64,000 bases of DNA from the NCBI GenBank assembly GCA_951813565.1, contig OX638351.1, positions 480,001 through 544,000 of the forward strand. Reading direction: 5' to 3'. Positions 26,755-37,782 of the stretch are shown piece after piece. Source of the stretch: an uncultured Poribacteria bacterium (GTDB lineage: Bacteria > Poribacteria > WGA-4E > WGA-3G). The first letter of the stretch is position 1. Each line of letters begins with the position of its first letter. The position numbers and the translations under genes were made by a program. The notes beneath the pieces were generated by a model that saw only the letters and a program-made list of their open reading frames with translations, did not search any database and was not told the origin of the DNA.

Positions 26755-28355
26755 ACAGATGAAGGTTGCTCTTGTATCACAGGAATAACGTAACTCCGAA
26801 TAGTAAAACCGTCCAATGTCTCTGTTTCTGCGCGAGGTTCAGGAACTGTGCGATGGTCAAAGACAACATAATACCCTTCCACAGCACCTTCCGATTTGAG
26901 ATACGCAGCGAGCTGCCGTTTGCCAGACTGATAACGACGGTCGCCTTCCCAAATCTTAGTTTCGACGATGTATTTGTGTGTGTTATGGAGGATAAGTAAG
27001 TCTATCCTGCCTCGTCCGGTTTGGACTTCAAGATACATTGCTCCGCGCACGATTCGGACAAACTGATCAAGGTAAGCATAGAGAAGATATTGTCCAACAA
27101 ACTCTTTTGGGGTATCTGGAACGTGTAAAATTTTAAATCCTACACGGGCAATAAAATCCTGAAAATTATCAAGCAGTGGTTCCATCTCAATTTTTCCATC
27201 AGACGTAAGGTAATCAATGAAATCCGTGTCTGTATTTTCGGGGAAATAATCCCCTTCGAGTCCGTTAATTAAGGGTTGGAGTGCCTGAATAATGCAATGC
27301 TGATAAATCGGATTGACTATTTTACACATACCATCGGCGCCTTTTGCAATAACACCGTAAGTTGTGAGTTGATTGATAAGATCGTTACGTTGGTTATACT
27401 GCCTGCCTTTGTCGTAAGAAACAATTTTCATGAGTAGACTTTCAAAACGAGGGTCTCTACGGATATTCGTAAGTAAATGTCTAATATTAACGTTGTCTTC
27501 CCCAAGTAGTAATGTTAGTCCATTAGCAAAATGTGACATCGTAATCGTTTCAGTTTTGGGGATGTCCAATTCCTCAGTAAGGATTTGCGCGAATCGATTC
27601 ACGAGGAAAGGTTGACCAGCAGTCTGTTTGTGGAGTCCTTCAATGACTTCAGGTGCAAAGGATTGACCAGTTTCATCTGTATACTGTGTGAATAATTCTT
27701 GTACCTGATTAAGGGAGAAATTCGGTAAGTAAAACTCATCTTGAATATTGAATGGGGAAACGGACCTATCATAGTTAAGTTGTGCAATACTCTTGACCCC
27801 CACGATGCCGACACTGTGAGGGCAGCGCGTTTCATCGGACAAATAGATATTGCGAAGTGAATGCAGAAAATCGCTTAGAACAAGTTGAGGGATTCCGTCA
27901 AACTCATCTATAATAACAACAACTTTCTGATTATTATATTGGCTATTCAGAACACTTGAAAGTTGTTCAAAGAACTCTATCATTGAAATGTGATTTGTAA
28001 TCTTAGCGTTTTCAAGGAATTGTGTGAGTACGTCAGAAGGGACGTGTCCGCGTTTTTCAAAAACTTGTTCAATTTCTTTACAAACCCTTTTGCAGAAGTC
28101 TTCGTAAAAATCGGAGGGGGAGAGGTTTTTATACATTTCAAAATTGAGCTGAATTGGAAAAAAGTTTGACGACTCAGTAGCGAGTGCGTCAAGTGCCATT
28201 CGGAAAAAGGTTGTCTTGCCAGTCTGACGCGGCGCAAAGAGAACGATGTACCGTCCCTCTTCAACACGTGCAAGAAAATCGGAAATTTCCTTGCTTCGAG
28301 AAACAACATAATGTTGTCCTGGATAGACACGACCCTGAGTCCAAAAACGTCTCAT
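26751..28355 (-). CDS. AAA-like ATPase with C-terminal PD-(D/E)XK nuclease-like domain
   Basis: APRQTGKTT Walker A, IIDEFD Walker B, SPFNI, EVQTGRGRIDL..IVETK, QLAAYL. Confidence 0.8.
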   Translation of the reverse strand: MRRFWTQGRVYPGQHYVVSRSKEISDFLARVEEGRYIVLFAPRQTGKTTFFRMALDALATESSNFFPIQLNFEMYKNLSPSDFYEDFCKRVCKEIEQVFEKRGHVPSDVLTQFLENAKITNHISMIEFFEQLSSVLNSQYNNQKVVVIIDEFDGIPQLVLSDFLHSLRNIYLSDETRCPHSVGIVGVKSIAQLNYDRSVSPFNIQDEFYLPNFSLNQVQELFTQYTDETGQSFAPEVIEGLHKQTAGQPFLVNRFAQILTEELDIPKTETITMSHFANGLTLLLGEDNVNIRHLLTNIRRDPRFESLLMKIVSYDKGRQYNQRNDLINQLTTYGVIAKGADGMCKIVNPIYQHCIIQALQPLINGLEGDYFPENTDTDFIDYLTSDGKIEMEPLLDNFQDFIARVGFKILHVPDTPKEFVGQYLLYAYLDQFVRIVRGAMYLEVQTGRGRIDLLILHNTHKYIVETKIWEGDRRYQSGKRQLAAYLKSEGAVEGYYVVFDHRTVPEPRAETETLDGFTIRSYVIPVIQEQPSSV

Positions 28356-28570
28356 ATTTCGCCTCGTTTCGTAAAACCCTCAATGGTTTATTGTATCACA
28401 TCATTTTTTAAAAATCTATAGTAACTTGATGGTCATTGCTGGGCAGTCAGTTATAGGTTAAAGAGTTTTGATAGATCAGAATTCCTTTTAACTAACAATC
28501 GAATTTAAACATAACTGAATCGTGCCGCTAAACTATATTTCTCAAAATAGAATACAAGGAGAGAAAGATA

Positions 28571-29743
28571 ATGCTACTTCATAAACGTTCACGCATCTTT
28601 TGGAGTGTTTTTTTCATCGGTTTCATTGTTCAGGTGGGGCTACTAATAATTATAGGGTGTAGCCATATCTCGCCTTACTATCATCCTGATATACCTACCA
28701 ACGCAAAACAGGATATTGTAACGGACGATACGCTACACTATCGCATCTTGTTACTTGGAGACGGAGGACAACCAAAACCGGACGAACCCGTACTAAAAAC
28801 GCTATTAGCATGGGCACAAAAAATGCCTGAGAAGACCAGCATCATTTTTTTAGGGGATAATATGTACCCTGATGGGATGACAGAACAAAAACAGCACGAA
28901 GCGTCTACGAGACTCGGTCCACAAATAGAGGTTGTTAAATCTACCAATACGCACGGTCTATTTATTCCGGGTAATCACGATTGGACGAACGGCAGCGAGG
29001 AAGGATATCGTGCGCTTCTTGCCCAAGAAAAATATATTAACGACGCACTATCTCGTCCACCAAAATTCCTCCCGAAAGAAGGCTTTCCAGGACCGGAGGT
29101 CGTTGAGTTTCCAGAATCGGCACCTGTTGTACGGGTTATTGTACTCGATACACAGTGGTGGCTGCACAAGTACAAGAAACCTCAAAAATCTCCGAAAACA
29201 GTTATAGATGAACTCAAAGCCGAATTAGATAGTGAACTGCCAATCGTCGTTGTTGGACACCATCCATTGCAAAGTTACGGGGTACACGGTGGTTTCTATG
29301 ACTGGAAGGCACATCTTTTTCCGTTCAGAGTTGCGAAAAAATGGCTTTGGGTCCCAGTGCCAATCGTCGGTTCTCTCTATCCGTTGGCGCGGTGGCATGT
29401 GATAAAATCAGATCAGGACCTCAACAGTACACGTAACAAAGACATGGTGGCACAACTCAATACTGGGCTTTCAACTGCGAAAAAGACACCTCTTTTAATA
29501 TATGCCTCTGGACATGACCATTCTCTTCAGGTTTTAAGAGGGGATGTTACGAATTACTTACTTGTCAGCGGCCTTGCCTCAAGTGAAAAGGCAACGGAAG
29601 TTAGCCATAGGGATAATACGTTGTTTGCACACCAACACGCCGGTTTTATGGCGATAGACTTTCTTACAGATGGAAAGGTTTTGTTGCGAGTAGTTGAACC
29701 TGGTGGGAAAGATGTCCTGTTCCATCATTGGTTAAAGAGATAA
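28571..29743 (+). CDS. Calcineurin-like metallophosphoesterase, probable lipoprotein
   Basis: LLGDGG, GDNMY, PGNHDW, GHHP, SGHDH; IIGC lipobox-like. Confidence 0.85.
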   Translation: MLLHKRSRIFWSVFFIGFIVQVGLLIIIGCSHISPYYHPDIPTNAKQDIVTDDTLHYRILLLGDGGQPKPDEPVLKTLLAWAQKMPEKTSIIFLGDNMYPDGMTEQKQHEASTRLGPQIEVVKSTNTHGLFIPGNHDWTNGSEEGYRALLAQEKYINDALSRPPKFLPKEGFPGPEVVEFPESAPVVRVIVLDTQWWLHKYKKPQKSPKTVIDELKAELDSELPIVVVGHHPLQSYGVHGGFYDWKAHLFPFRVAKKWLWVPVPIVGSLYPLARWHVIKSDQDLNSTRNKDMVAQLNTGLSTAKKTPLLIYASGHDHSLQVLRGDVTNYLLVSGLASSEKATEVSHRDNTLFAHQHAGFMAIDFLTDGKVLLRVVEPGGKDVLFHHWLKR

Positions 29744-29875
29744 AACATCGTAGACTCCATTCCTAATGTTTTGTAGACAGTGAGAAGTAGGAATTTCATT
29801 AAACCTTTTAATCCAAAGGGTAGTCTTAAACAGAAACTTTATGATGTATTGTAGAATACAGATTGAGGAATAGGT

Positions 29876-30649
29876 ATGCTTACGCAAAAACAGAAGTTAG
29901 AATTCTATGAAAATGGTTATATTAAAGTCCCTGGTGTCGTGCCGAAGTTAATGATAGATGCTGCTCGTAAGATGATTAACCATTCTATCGGTGCTGTAGG
30001 ACTGCACGAAGGCGACTTAGAAAAGTTTCGGGCACAATCGTATTGCAACGAAATCCGAAACGCTCCGCAAATTGTAGATATTTTCCGTAAAACACCTATC
30101 CAAAACATTGCCGAATCGATGATAGGTGAAGGAAACGTCCAGGTACCGGGTTCAGCGCAGGTAGCACTCCGTTTCCCTATGCCGTTGGGGCGTGATGCGA
30201 AAGAACCTGGCGGGCATCTGGATGGATTAGGAAGTGGTACAAACGGAATGGCAAAAGGTGTATACCGTCGCGGTTTTACCGCATTAGCAGTTGTGTATCT
30301 TGCAGACGTGCCAGAGCCGTATAGTGGGAACTTCACGGTATGGCCCAAAACACACAGTTTTTTCGCCGATTATTTTAAAAAGGAAGGACATGAAGTTCTT
30401 GCAAACGGAATGCCACGTCCGGAATTTCCTGAAGAACCAACGCAAATTGTCGGCAAGGCTGGAGACGTGGTGCTGACACATCATCAGATTGTCCACTCAG
30501 CAGCACCAAACGCCTCTTCAGACATCCGTTACGCGGTTATCTTCCGTGTGCGCCATGTTGATTGTGAGAAAAATGGTTACGACAGTTACACCGACATTTG
30601 GCGTGAATGGCCAGGTATACAAGAAGCGATAGAAAACGGTAATTCCTAA
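29876..30649 (+). CDS. Phytanoyl-CoA dioxygenase (PhyH) family protein
   Basis: FYENGYIKV, HLD, GNFTVWPKTH, AGDVVLTH..IVHSAAPN. Confidence 0.88.
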   Translation: MLTQKQKLEFYENGYIKVPGVVPKLMIDAARKMINHSIGAVGLHEGDLEKFRAQSYCNEIRNAPQIVDIFRKTPIQNIAESMIGEGNVQVPGSAQVALRFPMPLGRDAKEPGGHLDGLGSGTNGMAKGVYRRGFTALAVVYLADVPEPYSGNFTVWPKTHSFFADYFKKEGHEVLANGMPRPEFPEEPTQIVGKAGDVVLTHHQIVHSAAPNASSDIRYAVIFRVRHVDCEKNGYDSYTDIWREWPGIQEAIENGNS

Positions 30650-30664
30650 AAAGTGAAAATTAAG

Positions 30665-30695
30665 AAACGGGTGATTCAATGGAATCACCCATTTT
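30665..30695. terminator. Bidirectional terminator between convergent genes
   Basis: gggtgattc-aatg-gaatcaccc flanked by A and T runs. Confidence 0.7.
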
Positions 30696-30699
30696 GCTT

Positions 30700-31515
30700 T
30701 TATATTATGCTCTTGATCTGTGCCCATGTAATGCTCAATTTGTCCGCAGGTTCGACTGCAAAGGGATACCCATTGGATTTATAAAGACTTTCCACTTCAT
30801 CTTCAGAAAGTGATCGGTGGAACATTAAGAACTCATCCATCAAGCCTTTGAATGTCCACGTGGGACTCGCGTTGCCATTAAATTCTGCTGCTTCCGAACC
30901 AATGCCGATAAATCCGTACCGTTGTGCTTTCGGTCCGATCATATTATTACCAGTGGCAGCTTCAACATCCACTTTACCATCAACATAGATCCGTTTCCTA
31001 TCTCCATCAAAAGTTGCAGCGACATGATGCCATTTGTCATCGCTAACTTTTATTTTTCCGTGCCAATCCTCAATAGGGCAACATATATCAAAAGCAACAA
31101 AGTCCGTATGAGCGATTGCAGCATCTCCAGCTGCAAAGCGAAAATAATCGCTCCGATCCCATGAGGCAATCATTCCTCTTTGTGTTGTCTTAATCCATAC
31201 CGCAAGCGTCAGTTCCGGTATGCCTTCGGTATAATTCAGATTGCGCACTGCAATATATTCGGTGGCACCACCAGGAAATTCCATACACTCGTTAACTTTG
31301 CCATCATTCACAATCTTGAGGTTGTTACCGTTGAGAAACCCGTCATTCCCATTTCCGGACCCATCTAAGATATCGTCCCCCTTAAGGGAGGCAGCGTCAA
31401 AACTATAATAGATGACCAGCTCTTTATCGCTGATACCTCCTGCTTGGACAGTCAATGCAGGTCCTGTTAGAAATAGCATTAGCGTCAAGAGTCGTAAAAT
31501 AAAAGAGGCTTTCAT
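30700..31515 (-). CDS. Secreted LamG domain protein
   Basis: YYSFD, WHHVAATFDG, MDEFLMF; tail AVEPADKLSITWAQIK. Confidence 0.88.
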   Translation of the reverse strand: MKASFILRLLTLMLFLTGPALTVQAGGISDKELVIYYSFDAASLKGDDILDGSGNGNDGFLNGNNLKIVNDGKVNECMEFPGGATEYIAVRNLNYTEGIPELTLAVWIKTTQRGMIASWDRSDYFRFAAGDAAIAHTDFVAFDICCPIEDWHGKIKVSDDKWHHVAATFDGDRKRIYVDGKVDVEAATGNNMIGPKAQRYGFIGIGSEAAEFNGNASPTWTFKGLMDEFLMFHRSLSEDEVESLYKSNGYPFAVEPADKLSITWAQIKSII

Positions 31516-31519
31516 TTTA

Positions 31520-31574
31520 CCTACATTCCGCAGTTACGGATCTGGAAAATAAACTTTTTTGACTTCTATACCTA
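31520..31574 (-). mobile_element. Isolated terminal fragment of the IS1634 element
   Basis: Identical to 4288-4342 (cctacattccgcagttacggatctgg...ctataccta), cut off by the IS982. Confidence 0.9.
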
Positions 31575-32588
31575 ACGTGAGTTTGATAAATAGTTTTAGT
31601 TGTTACATGTCATTGGAAACGGATAATTAATTTCCTTGAGTTCTTTGCGTTTGAGTGAGGGTTTTTTCTTCAAATAGGTCCAAGCGATCAAGGCAGCAAC
31701 TGTATTGACTTGGAAGTTAGCATAACTTCTATGCCGTGTGTGTTGGATCTCTGTCTGAGTTTTGAGTTCTTTATTCACCGGCTCAATGAGCATCCGTTTT
31801 TTCAGGAGTTCTGCGTCAGCATCAGATAAGGGTTCGGGTTTCATGTTCTTGCGCACTTTGTAAACAAGTGACACACCCCCTTCCCGCAGTTTATCCCGCA
31901 GCTTTTTGTTGATATACCCTTTATCGGCATAAAGTTTGCCAAATAGCCCTTTGGTCAACTGTGGCACAGGTTTCCGGTCATCTGTGTTTCCGGGTGTCAC
32001 CATAGCAGACAACAACTCACCTTGATCGTTGATGACGAGATGCAGTTTGAACCCGTAGAACCATCCCATAGAGGTTTTGGATCGTTCTGCCCCATCAGCG
32101 AAGACACGATGCGCTGAAATCCGACGATTATGGCAAACTGGAAGTGGCGTTGAGTCAATGAAGGAAGTCCCATTACATTCACCGAAACGGGTGTTTAGAA
32201 GAATAGACAACGGCATCAAAACCTCTTGGGCAAGCTGCACAAACCGACTATAGCTGACAAGGTTTGGAAACGCCCAACGGAGGTTGCCACAGACATGCTC
32301 TTGATAATAGCTTTTGAAGTTTTTACACTTATGTTGATGAAAATAAATAAGTATTGTCATAACTTCGCTCGGATGAAGACACCTAAGTCTGCCACGGGTA
32401 TTGCTTGTTCCGGATATTTCTGGCAACTGGTGTTGTGCTTGATATTGTTCATACAAAAGAAAAAAGTCGTCAATTTTACAGAAAAGTGTTATGATATCCA
32501 TCAGAGAACTCCTTATGTAAGTATTTGGTATACTTCATAATAACAAAGGGGTTCTCTATTTACCAGTTTTTAATTATCAAACTCACGT
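31575..32588 (-). mobile_element. IS982-family insertion sequence
   Basis: 15-bp IRs acgtgagtttgataa / ttatcaaactcacgt enclosing one transposase; no matching target duplication. Confidence 0.92.
31596..32501 (-). CDS. IS982-family transposase
   Basis: LFCKIDDF, FIDSTPLPVCHNRRI, GWFYGFKLHL, ADKGY, KRMLIE. Confidence 0.93.
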   Translation of the reverse strand: MDIITLFCKIDDFFLLYEQYQAQHQLPEISGTSNTRGRLRCLHPSEVMTILIYFHQHKCKNFKSYYQEHVCGNLRWAFPNLVSYSRFVQLAQEVLMPLSILLNTRFGECNGTSFIDSTPLPVCHNRRISAHRVFADGAERSKTSMGWFYGFKLHLVINDQGELLSAMVTPGNTDDRKPVPQLTKGLFGKLYADKGYINKKLRDKLREGGVSLVYKVRKNMKPEPLSDADAELLKKRMLIEPVNKELKTQTEIQHTRHRSYANFQVNTVAALIAWTYLKKKPSLKRKELKEINYPFPMTCNN

Positions 32589-32709
32589 TAATTGTTGCTA
32601 TTTCTACGGAAATGTTCACGGTGTTTTCGGTTGGAATCTATCCTCTGAACATGTTATCATTTTCATATCACATTTGTGAACATGTCTATTGTAGAGGAAA
32701 CTTGTCATT

Positions 32710-33850
32710 ATGATTATCAATCGACTTATTGCCAAAAACTGGCGAAATTTTCAACAGATAAATGTGTCTCTGAGGGAACGGCAGTTTATCGTCGGTCCGA
32801 ATGCATCGGGCAAATCAAATTTGCTGGATATTTTTCGTTTCCTCCGTGATATTGCCAAAGTGGATGGTGGTGGATTTCAGAAAGTCGTTAAGGATCGAGA
32901 TGGTGTTTCCAAAATCCGGTGTTTAGCAGCACGGCAAGTACCCGAAGTTTCGATTGAGATTCACATAGCGGATACTCCAGATGTGCCCGCAACATGGCGA
33001 TATGCCTTGGGATTTACTCAAGAACCTCGTGGACACCGTAGGGCTTTCCTTACCTATGAACGTGTGTGGCAAGAGGGAAAACTGATTCTTGATAGACCCA
33101 ATTTGGACGACAATGAGGATCCTGATCGTCTCACTCAAACCGCTCTTGAACAGAGTGCAACTAATGCTAAGTTTAGTGAAATTGGCAAATTTCTCAGAAA
33201 TGTCACATATCTTCATTTGGTGCCGCAATTTATTCGATATGCGGATGCGATTCAAGGTAAAATAATTGAAGACGATCCCTTTGGACAGGGATTTCTTGAA
33301 AGGGTTGCGAGTGTGCATCCGAGCACCCGTCGTTCCCGCCTCAAAAAGATTGAACATGCGCTTAAAATCGCAGTGCCACAGTTAGAAAAATTGGAATTTG
33401 TTCGTGACAAAAACACTGGAAACCCACATTTACAGGCACGTTATTCGCACTGGGTTTCAAGTGAAGAGACACATCAAGAAGATCAATTTTCGGATGGAAT
33501 GCTTCGACTTATTGGGCTACTGTGGACCCTTCTTGAAAACGACTCAGTAGTTTTGTTAGAAGAACCCGAACTTTCATTAAACCTTGGAATAGTCTCTCAA
33601 CTTGCCCCTTTAATTTCTCGGATGCGGAGAAATAGGCGATGTCAGGTGTTAGTTAGTACGCAAAGTGATGCTCTTCTCACAGAACAAGGCATTGATGGGA
33701 CGGAAGTGCTAATGCTCACACCTGGCAAAGAAGGGACTGTAGTTAAACCTTCCTCTGATTATGATGATGTGTGTGCTCCTTAGGAACGGATTTACAGTGG
33801 GGGAAATTGCACTCGCCAGACATGCAGAACAATTGGATTTATTGGAATGA
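32710..33850 (+). pseudogene. ABC/AAA_21-type ATPase with C-terminal frameshift
   Basis: GPNASGKSN, FSDGMLRL, LLEEPE; frame stops at 33783, while the shifted frame after the tgtgtgtg run reads LLRNGFTVGEIAL...LLE* and ends at 33850, overlapping the next ATG. Confidence 0.75.
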
Positions 33851-34099
33851 GATTAAATAGCGTAATTCTCGCTGTTGAGGATAGGTTAAGCGATGCAAAG
33901 GAGTAAAAATAAAAGACTACGCGAAGCATTAGTGTCAGCCCACGGCACAACACGCAGTGTGGGAGATGAATATAATACGCGTTTGAGCCAGTTTGTCCGT
34001 GACCATTGGAATTTAGAACGTGCTGCCTCCGTATCTCCAAGTCTAAAACGAACATTAGACCGACTCAGTAAAGAAAGTGATATAGGTGTTGACTCGTGA
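33847..34099 (+). pseudogene. Internally deleted partner gene (DUF4276/TOPRIM-like)
   Basis: N-terminal MRLNSVILAVEDRLSDA joined out of frame to C-terminal RSKNKRLREAL...YNTRLSQFVRDHW...SPSLKRTLDRL. Confidence 0.6.
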
Positions 34100-34392
34100 A
34101 CAAAAAATTTCAACGCCACATTGAAGATTTTACATGCGGAAATTGCGGTGTATTCGTGAAGGGAGATGGCTACACCAATCACTGTCCGGAATGCCTCTGG
34201 AGTCAGCATGTAGATGTCAATCCGGGCGATCGCGGTGAGACTTGTCGTGGATTGATGGAGCCAGTGGGATTTACCATGAAACAGGGTGATTATATCCTTA
34301 TTCACCGTTGCACAGTATGCGGTATCACAAAAAAGAATAAGGCATCAAAAAACGATAGGTTTGATGCTATACTCAACCTACAAGGAGAATAA
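34096..34392 (+). CDS. RNHCP domain zinc-binding protein
   Basis: FTCGNCG, YTNHCPECLWSQHVD..PGDR, HRCTVCG. Confidence 0.88.
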   Translation: MNKKFQRHIEDFTCGNCGVFVKGDGYTNHCPECLWSQHVDVNPGDRGETCRGLMEPVGFTMKQGDYILIHRCTVCGITKKNKASKNDRFDAILNLQGE

Positions 34393-34393
34393 C

Positions 34394-35290
34394 ATGGGCA
34401 CAAAAGGAATAATTGCAATCATATCTATAGTCGTTGCTGTTATTGCAGCTATTGTTCTGGGAGTTCTGCTTTATTCGACTTCTGACAAACTCAAACAGAC
34501 GGAAGCGGCTCTATCTACCACAAAAACAACGCTGCAAGCAACTGAAACAGCAAAAACTGGGTTGGAAAAGAAGTTAACGGAAACTGAGAAAACACTAAAA
34601 GAGACGCAGACAGAACTGAATCAAACAAAAGAAATATTGGAAAATGCGAGCGAAGCGGCGCGAAAAATCGCTGCTGAACGGAACAAACTCCAGCAGGATA
34701 AAACTAATCTTGAACGCGAAAAGGAAAGTCTCCGATCAAAATTGACCGAGATTGAATCGGAATTACAACGGATTCGCGAGCAGTCACAACGTTCAATTGC
34801 AGCTATCCAGGAAAGATTTAAAGATTCAGTTGGAGCGGTGTTAGATGAAGCAGGACGGTTGACACTTGATGTCAAAGGCAAAATTCTGTTTGAAACAGGT
34901 AGTGCAACCCTTAGTAAAGAGGGAAAAGCACTCCTTGACGCAATTGCGGAAGAGGTACTGTTAAACCCAGATTATTCAGATTATGCGATCCGCATTGAAG
35001 GGCATACGGACAACAACCCGATCGCGGGTTCGGCTTTACGGAATTGGGACCTCTCTACAGACCGATCAATCTCCGCAGTGAAGTATTTGCAGGAAAATGC
35101 TGGGATTGATCCAAAACGTTTATCGGGAACGGGATATGCTTTCTACCAACCGATAGACACGGCAGAAACAGACGAAGCGAAGGCAAAAAATCGCCGGATT
35201 GAAATTATCCTTGTGCCACCGCAAGATTTCTCTTCGGAATTGCTCAAGTCATTACAAAGTGTGATGGAATCTATTGATGCAAACCAATAG
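34394..35290 (+). CDS. OmpA/MotB family protein with TM anchor and coiled coil
   Basis: ILFETGSA, IEGHTDN, NWDLSTDRS, NRRIEI; ATG 34394 after AGGAG. Confidence 0.88.
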   Translation: MGTKGIIAIISIVVAVIAAIVLGVLLYSTSDKLKQTEAALSTTKTTLQATETAKTGLEKKLTETEKTLKETQTELNQTKEILENASEAARKIAAERNKLQQDKTNLEREKESLRSKLTEIESELQRIREQSQRSIAAIQERFKDSVGAVLDEAGRLTLDVKGKILFETGSATLSKEGKALLDAIAEEVLLNPDYSDYAIRIEGHTDNNPIAGSALRNWDLSTDRSISAVKYLQENAGIDPKRLSGTGYAFYQPIDTAETDEAKAKNRRIEIILVPPQDFSSELLKSLQSVMESIDANQ

Positions 35291-35302
35291 ATTAGAAAAA
35301 TG

Positions 35303-36127
35303 TTACTCTTCTGACTTCCTGTCTTCTTTCGTTGGTTTGCTCTTTGTCTGACTTGCGAGTTTCGCTGCTTGCCGTGCAAGTCGTTTTGCAGCATCAATCT
35401 GTTCCATCATCTGTGCATTCGTCCATGAGATTGAAACGAGATAGCGCGTATCTTCAGGTTTGTTCAAAGTTTCAACACCGAGAGCGATCTGAAGTCCGCT
35501 GTCGGCAGTATGTCGCACACCGGCGTTTATTCCCGTCCCATCAAATTCCAGACTAATACCAATATCACCTCTTGCGAAAGCGGGATGAAGTTGTGTACTT
35601 AGACCCGCGAATAGTCCGATTGGACTCTCATCAAACGTGAAACGGTGATTGCCGATACCGAAATGCCCCGAAATAAGGTGAATTCGCGGCAGATTAAAAG
35701 TCTTACTGATTACAAGATATGTTGAATTAGCATGATAGGTATTCCACTCTTGTCCAACATTATCCCCGAGATTGTCAACACCGATTGCTACATTCGGTAT
35801 TTTTCCAGTTTCATTTAAAAGTTGTGCTTTTACGTGTCCTAAGAAGGAACGCGAGGCATCATTGTCCTGCGGGAGTATGTGTGATGCGCCAAACTCAATT
35901 CTATCAAACATCCCGAAGTTGACACGGAACGCAACAGGATACCGTTTGAAATATTTTATATTTTGGAAAGGGGCATATACCCCTACTCCGAATATACCGT
36001 GTTTTAGTACCTCACCTGTTGGGATATCTACCAATCCACTGTCCGTAAAAATCTCGCCGCTAACATGACTGGAAAACGTGAGCAATATAGAAAGTAGTAA
36101 ACAGAAAAAGATTAGATGTCGGTTCAT
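35303..36127 (-). CDS. YjbH-like outer-membrane beta-barrel protein
   Basis: Signal peptide, GLVDIPTGEVL, YLVISK, amphipathic beta-strands. Confidence 0.6.
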   Translation of the reverse strand: MNRHLIFFCLLLSILLTFSSHVSGEIFTDSGLVDIPTGEVLKHGIFGVGVYAPFQNIKYFKRYPVAFRVNFGMFDRIEFGASHILPQDNDASRSFLGHVKAQLLNETGKIPNVAIGVDNLGDNVGQEWNTYHANSTYLVISKTFNLPRIHLISGHFGIGNHRFTFDESPIGLFAGLSTQLHPAFARGDIGISLEFDGTGINAGVRHTADSGLQIALGVETLNKPEDTRYLVSISWTNAQMMEQIDAAKRLARQAAKLASQTKSKPTKEDRKSEE

Positions 36128-36132
36128 TGATG

Positions 36133-36807
36133 CTACTCCATGTATTTGATACCAGAAGACGTGCCGATGATAACTTTATCAGCACGATCCACAAAAATAC
36201 CGTTCTCAACGACACCGGGGATGTTGTTCAGTTGCAACTCAACCTTTTCGGGTTCAGAGATTCCATCAAAATGGCAGTCCAAAATATAGTTGCCGTTATC
36301 CGTAATCAGTGGGTTTTCAATTCCGCCTCGGACATCTGATCTCCCACAGATTTTATCAACTTCGCGCTGTGTTGCCTCCCATCCGAACCGCACAATTTCC
36401 ACTGGTAGCGCGAACGAAGTACCAAGCACACGAGAAACCTTGTTTTCATCAACGACAATCAGGATTCGTTTAGAGGTATTGGCAATAATTTTTTCTCTAA
36501 CCAGTGCTGCACCTCCTCCCTTAATTAAGTTTAGGTGTACATCTACTTCGTCAGCACCATCAATTGTCAATTCTATTGTGGAGTGAACTGCAAGTGTTGA
36601 AAGCGGAATATCTTGCTCTTTGGCAATTTTCTCTGTGCCATCGGAGGTAGGAATTCCAACGATGTTGAGTCCATCGCGAACCATCTTTCCGAGTTTCAAG
36701 AGCGCGTAGTAGACGGTGGAACCGGTCCCTAATCCGACAACCATACCGTTTCGGACTTCCTCTGTAGCTTTTTCTGCGGCAATTTTTTTGAGGTGTTCTA
36801 TATTCAT
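36133..36807 (-). CDS. rpiA: Ribose-5-phosphate isomerase A
   Basis: GLGTGSTV, IDGADEVD, IKGGGAAL.REK, TDNGNYILD, PGVVENGIF. Confidence 0.97.
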   Translation of the reverse strand: MNIEHLKKIAAEKATEEVRNGMVVGLGTGSTVYYALLKLGKMVRDGLNIVGIPTSDGTEKIAKEQDIPLSTLAVHSTIELTIDGADEVDVHLNLIKGGGAALVREKIIANTSKRILIVVDENKVSRVLGTSFALPVEIVRFGWEATQREVDKICGRSDVRGGIENPLITDNGNYILDCHFDGISEPEKVELQLNNIPGVVENGIFVDRADKVIIGTSSGIKYME

Positions 36808-37782
36808 TTACAATTCAATTCGTCTATTTTCTCGGATTGACTGTGCCGAAGCAAGGCTTATCCGAATTGCGGAAAGTGCTACCTCAGCATCTACTAAGCA
36901 GGGAGCATGCTGTGTTGCGTTTTGAATCTCTAATAACCATAATTCCTGAAGCGTAGGTTGAGGTGTTTTTGGAATTGTCAACTCTGTTACCTCTGTTAGT
37001 GTTGAACATTGCCAACCGCTTCCATCATTGCTTAATGTGCCTTCCGTGAGAACATATCGCGCATGCTGTTCGGAGGCGTTGATAGCAATACCACCCGCCC
37101 AACTCCACTGCCCGATGCCGCCACGTTTGAACTCAATGGTAACAGTGTTGACAAAACGGTTGTATTGTCCAGAGTCGGTTAAGCCTTCGTAGCATGCAGC
37201 ACCTTCCACCCACGCAGCCTCACCGAACAGATCAACGATCGGATAAATATGATAGATAAAGAAATGGGCAGGCGTTCCCGATACAGGTAGGTTGAAAAGG
37301 ATTTCAGGACGCGCACCACGACCGGGAGTTAAGCGCACAAATGAGGTAAGCAATAATTCACTTAATTCACCTATTTTCTGCTTGAGTGCAGCGTGGGTAT
37401 TAGATACTACCTCTGGATGGGAAACCCGAAGGACACGATGACGTGTTTTGGCAAGATGTAAAGCCTCCTCACCTTCGTTAACATCGTTAGCGAGTGGATA
37501 TTCCACAAAGGCATGTTTATCGGTTTGCAACGCTGTAATCGCAATTTCGCCGTGGCTATTATTATGAGTGCAAATGATTACGCCGTCTATATCATCTCGT
37601 TTTATCAATTGTTTCCAATCGGAGATAAATGTTGCAGCATGTTCAGTCGCGAGTTGGTTGCCTGTTTGCTCGTTTCTGGAGGCAATGGCTACGACTTCAG
37701 CAGTTTCTATTGATGAAAACCGCTCAGCGTGATGCCGCGCCATGCCTCCTGAACCGATAATGCCGATTTTTATGTTCCTCAT
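36808..37782 (-). CDS. Gfo/Idh/MocA family oxidoreductase
   Basis: [22 protein letters not shown]. Confidence 0.85.
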   Translation of the reverse strand: MRNIKIGIIGSGGMARHHAERFSSIETAEVVAIASRNEQTGNQLATEHAATFISDWKQLIKRDDIDGVIICTHNNSHGEIAITALQTDKHAFVEYPLANDVNEGEEALHLAKTRHRVLRVSHPEVVSNTHAALKQKIGELSELLLTSFVRLTPGRGARPEILFNLPVSGTPAHFFIYHIYPIVDLFGEAAWVEGAACYEGLTDSGQYNRFVNTVTIEFKRGGIGQWSWAGGIAINASEQHARYVLTEGTLSNDGSGWQCSTLTEVTELTIPKTPQPTLQELWLLEIQNATQHAPCLVDAEVALSAIRISLASAQSIRENRRIEL

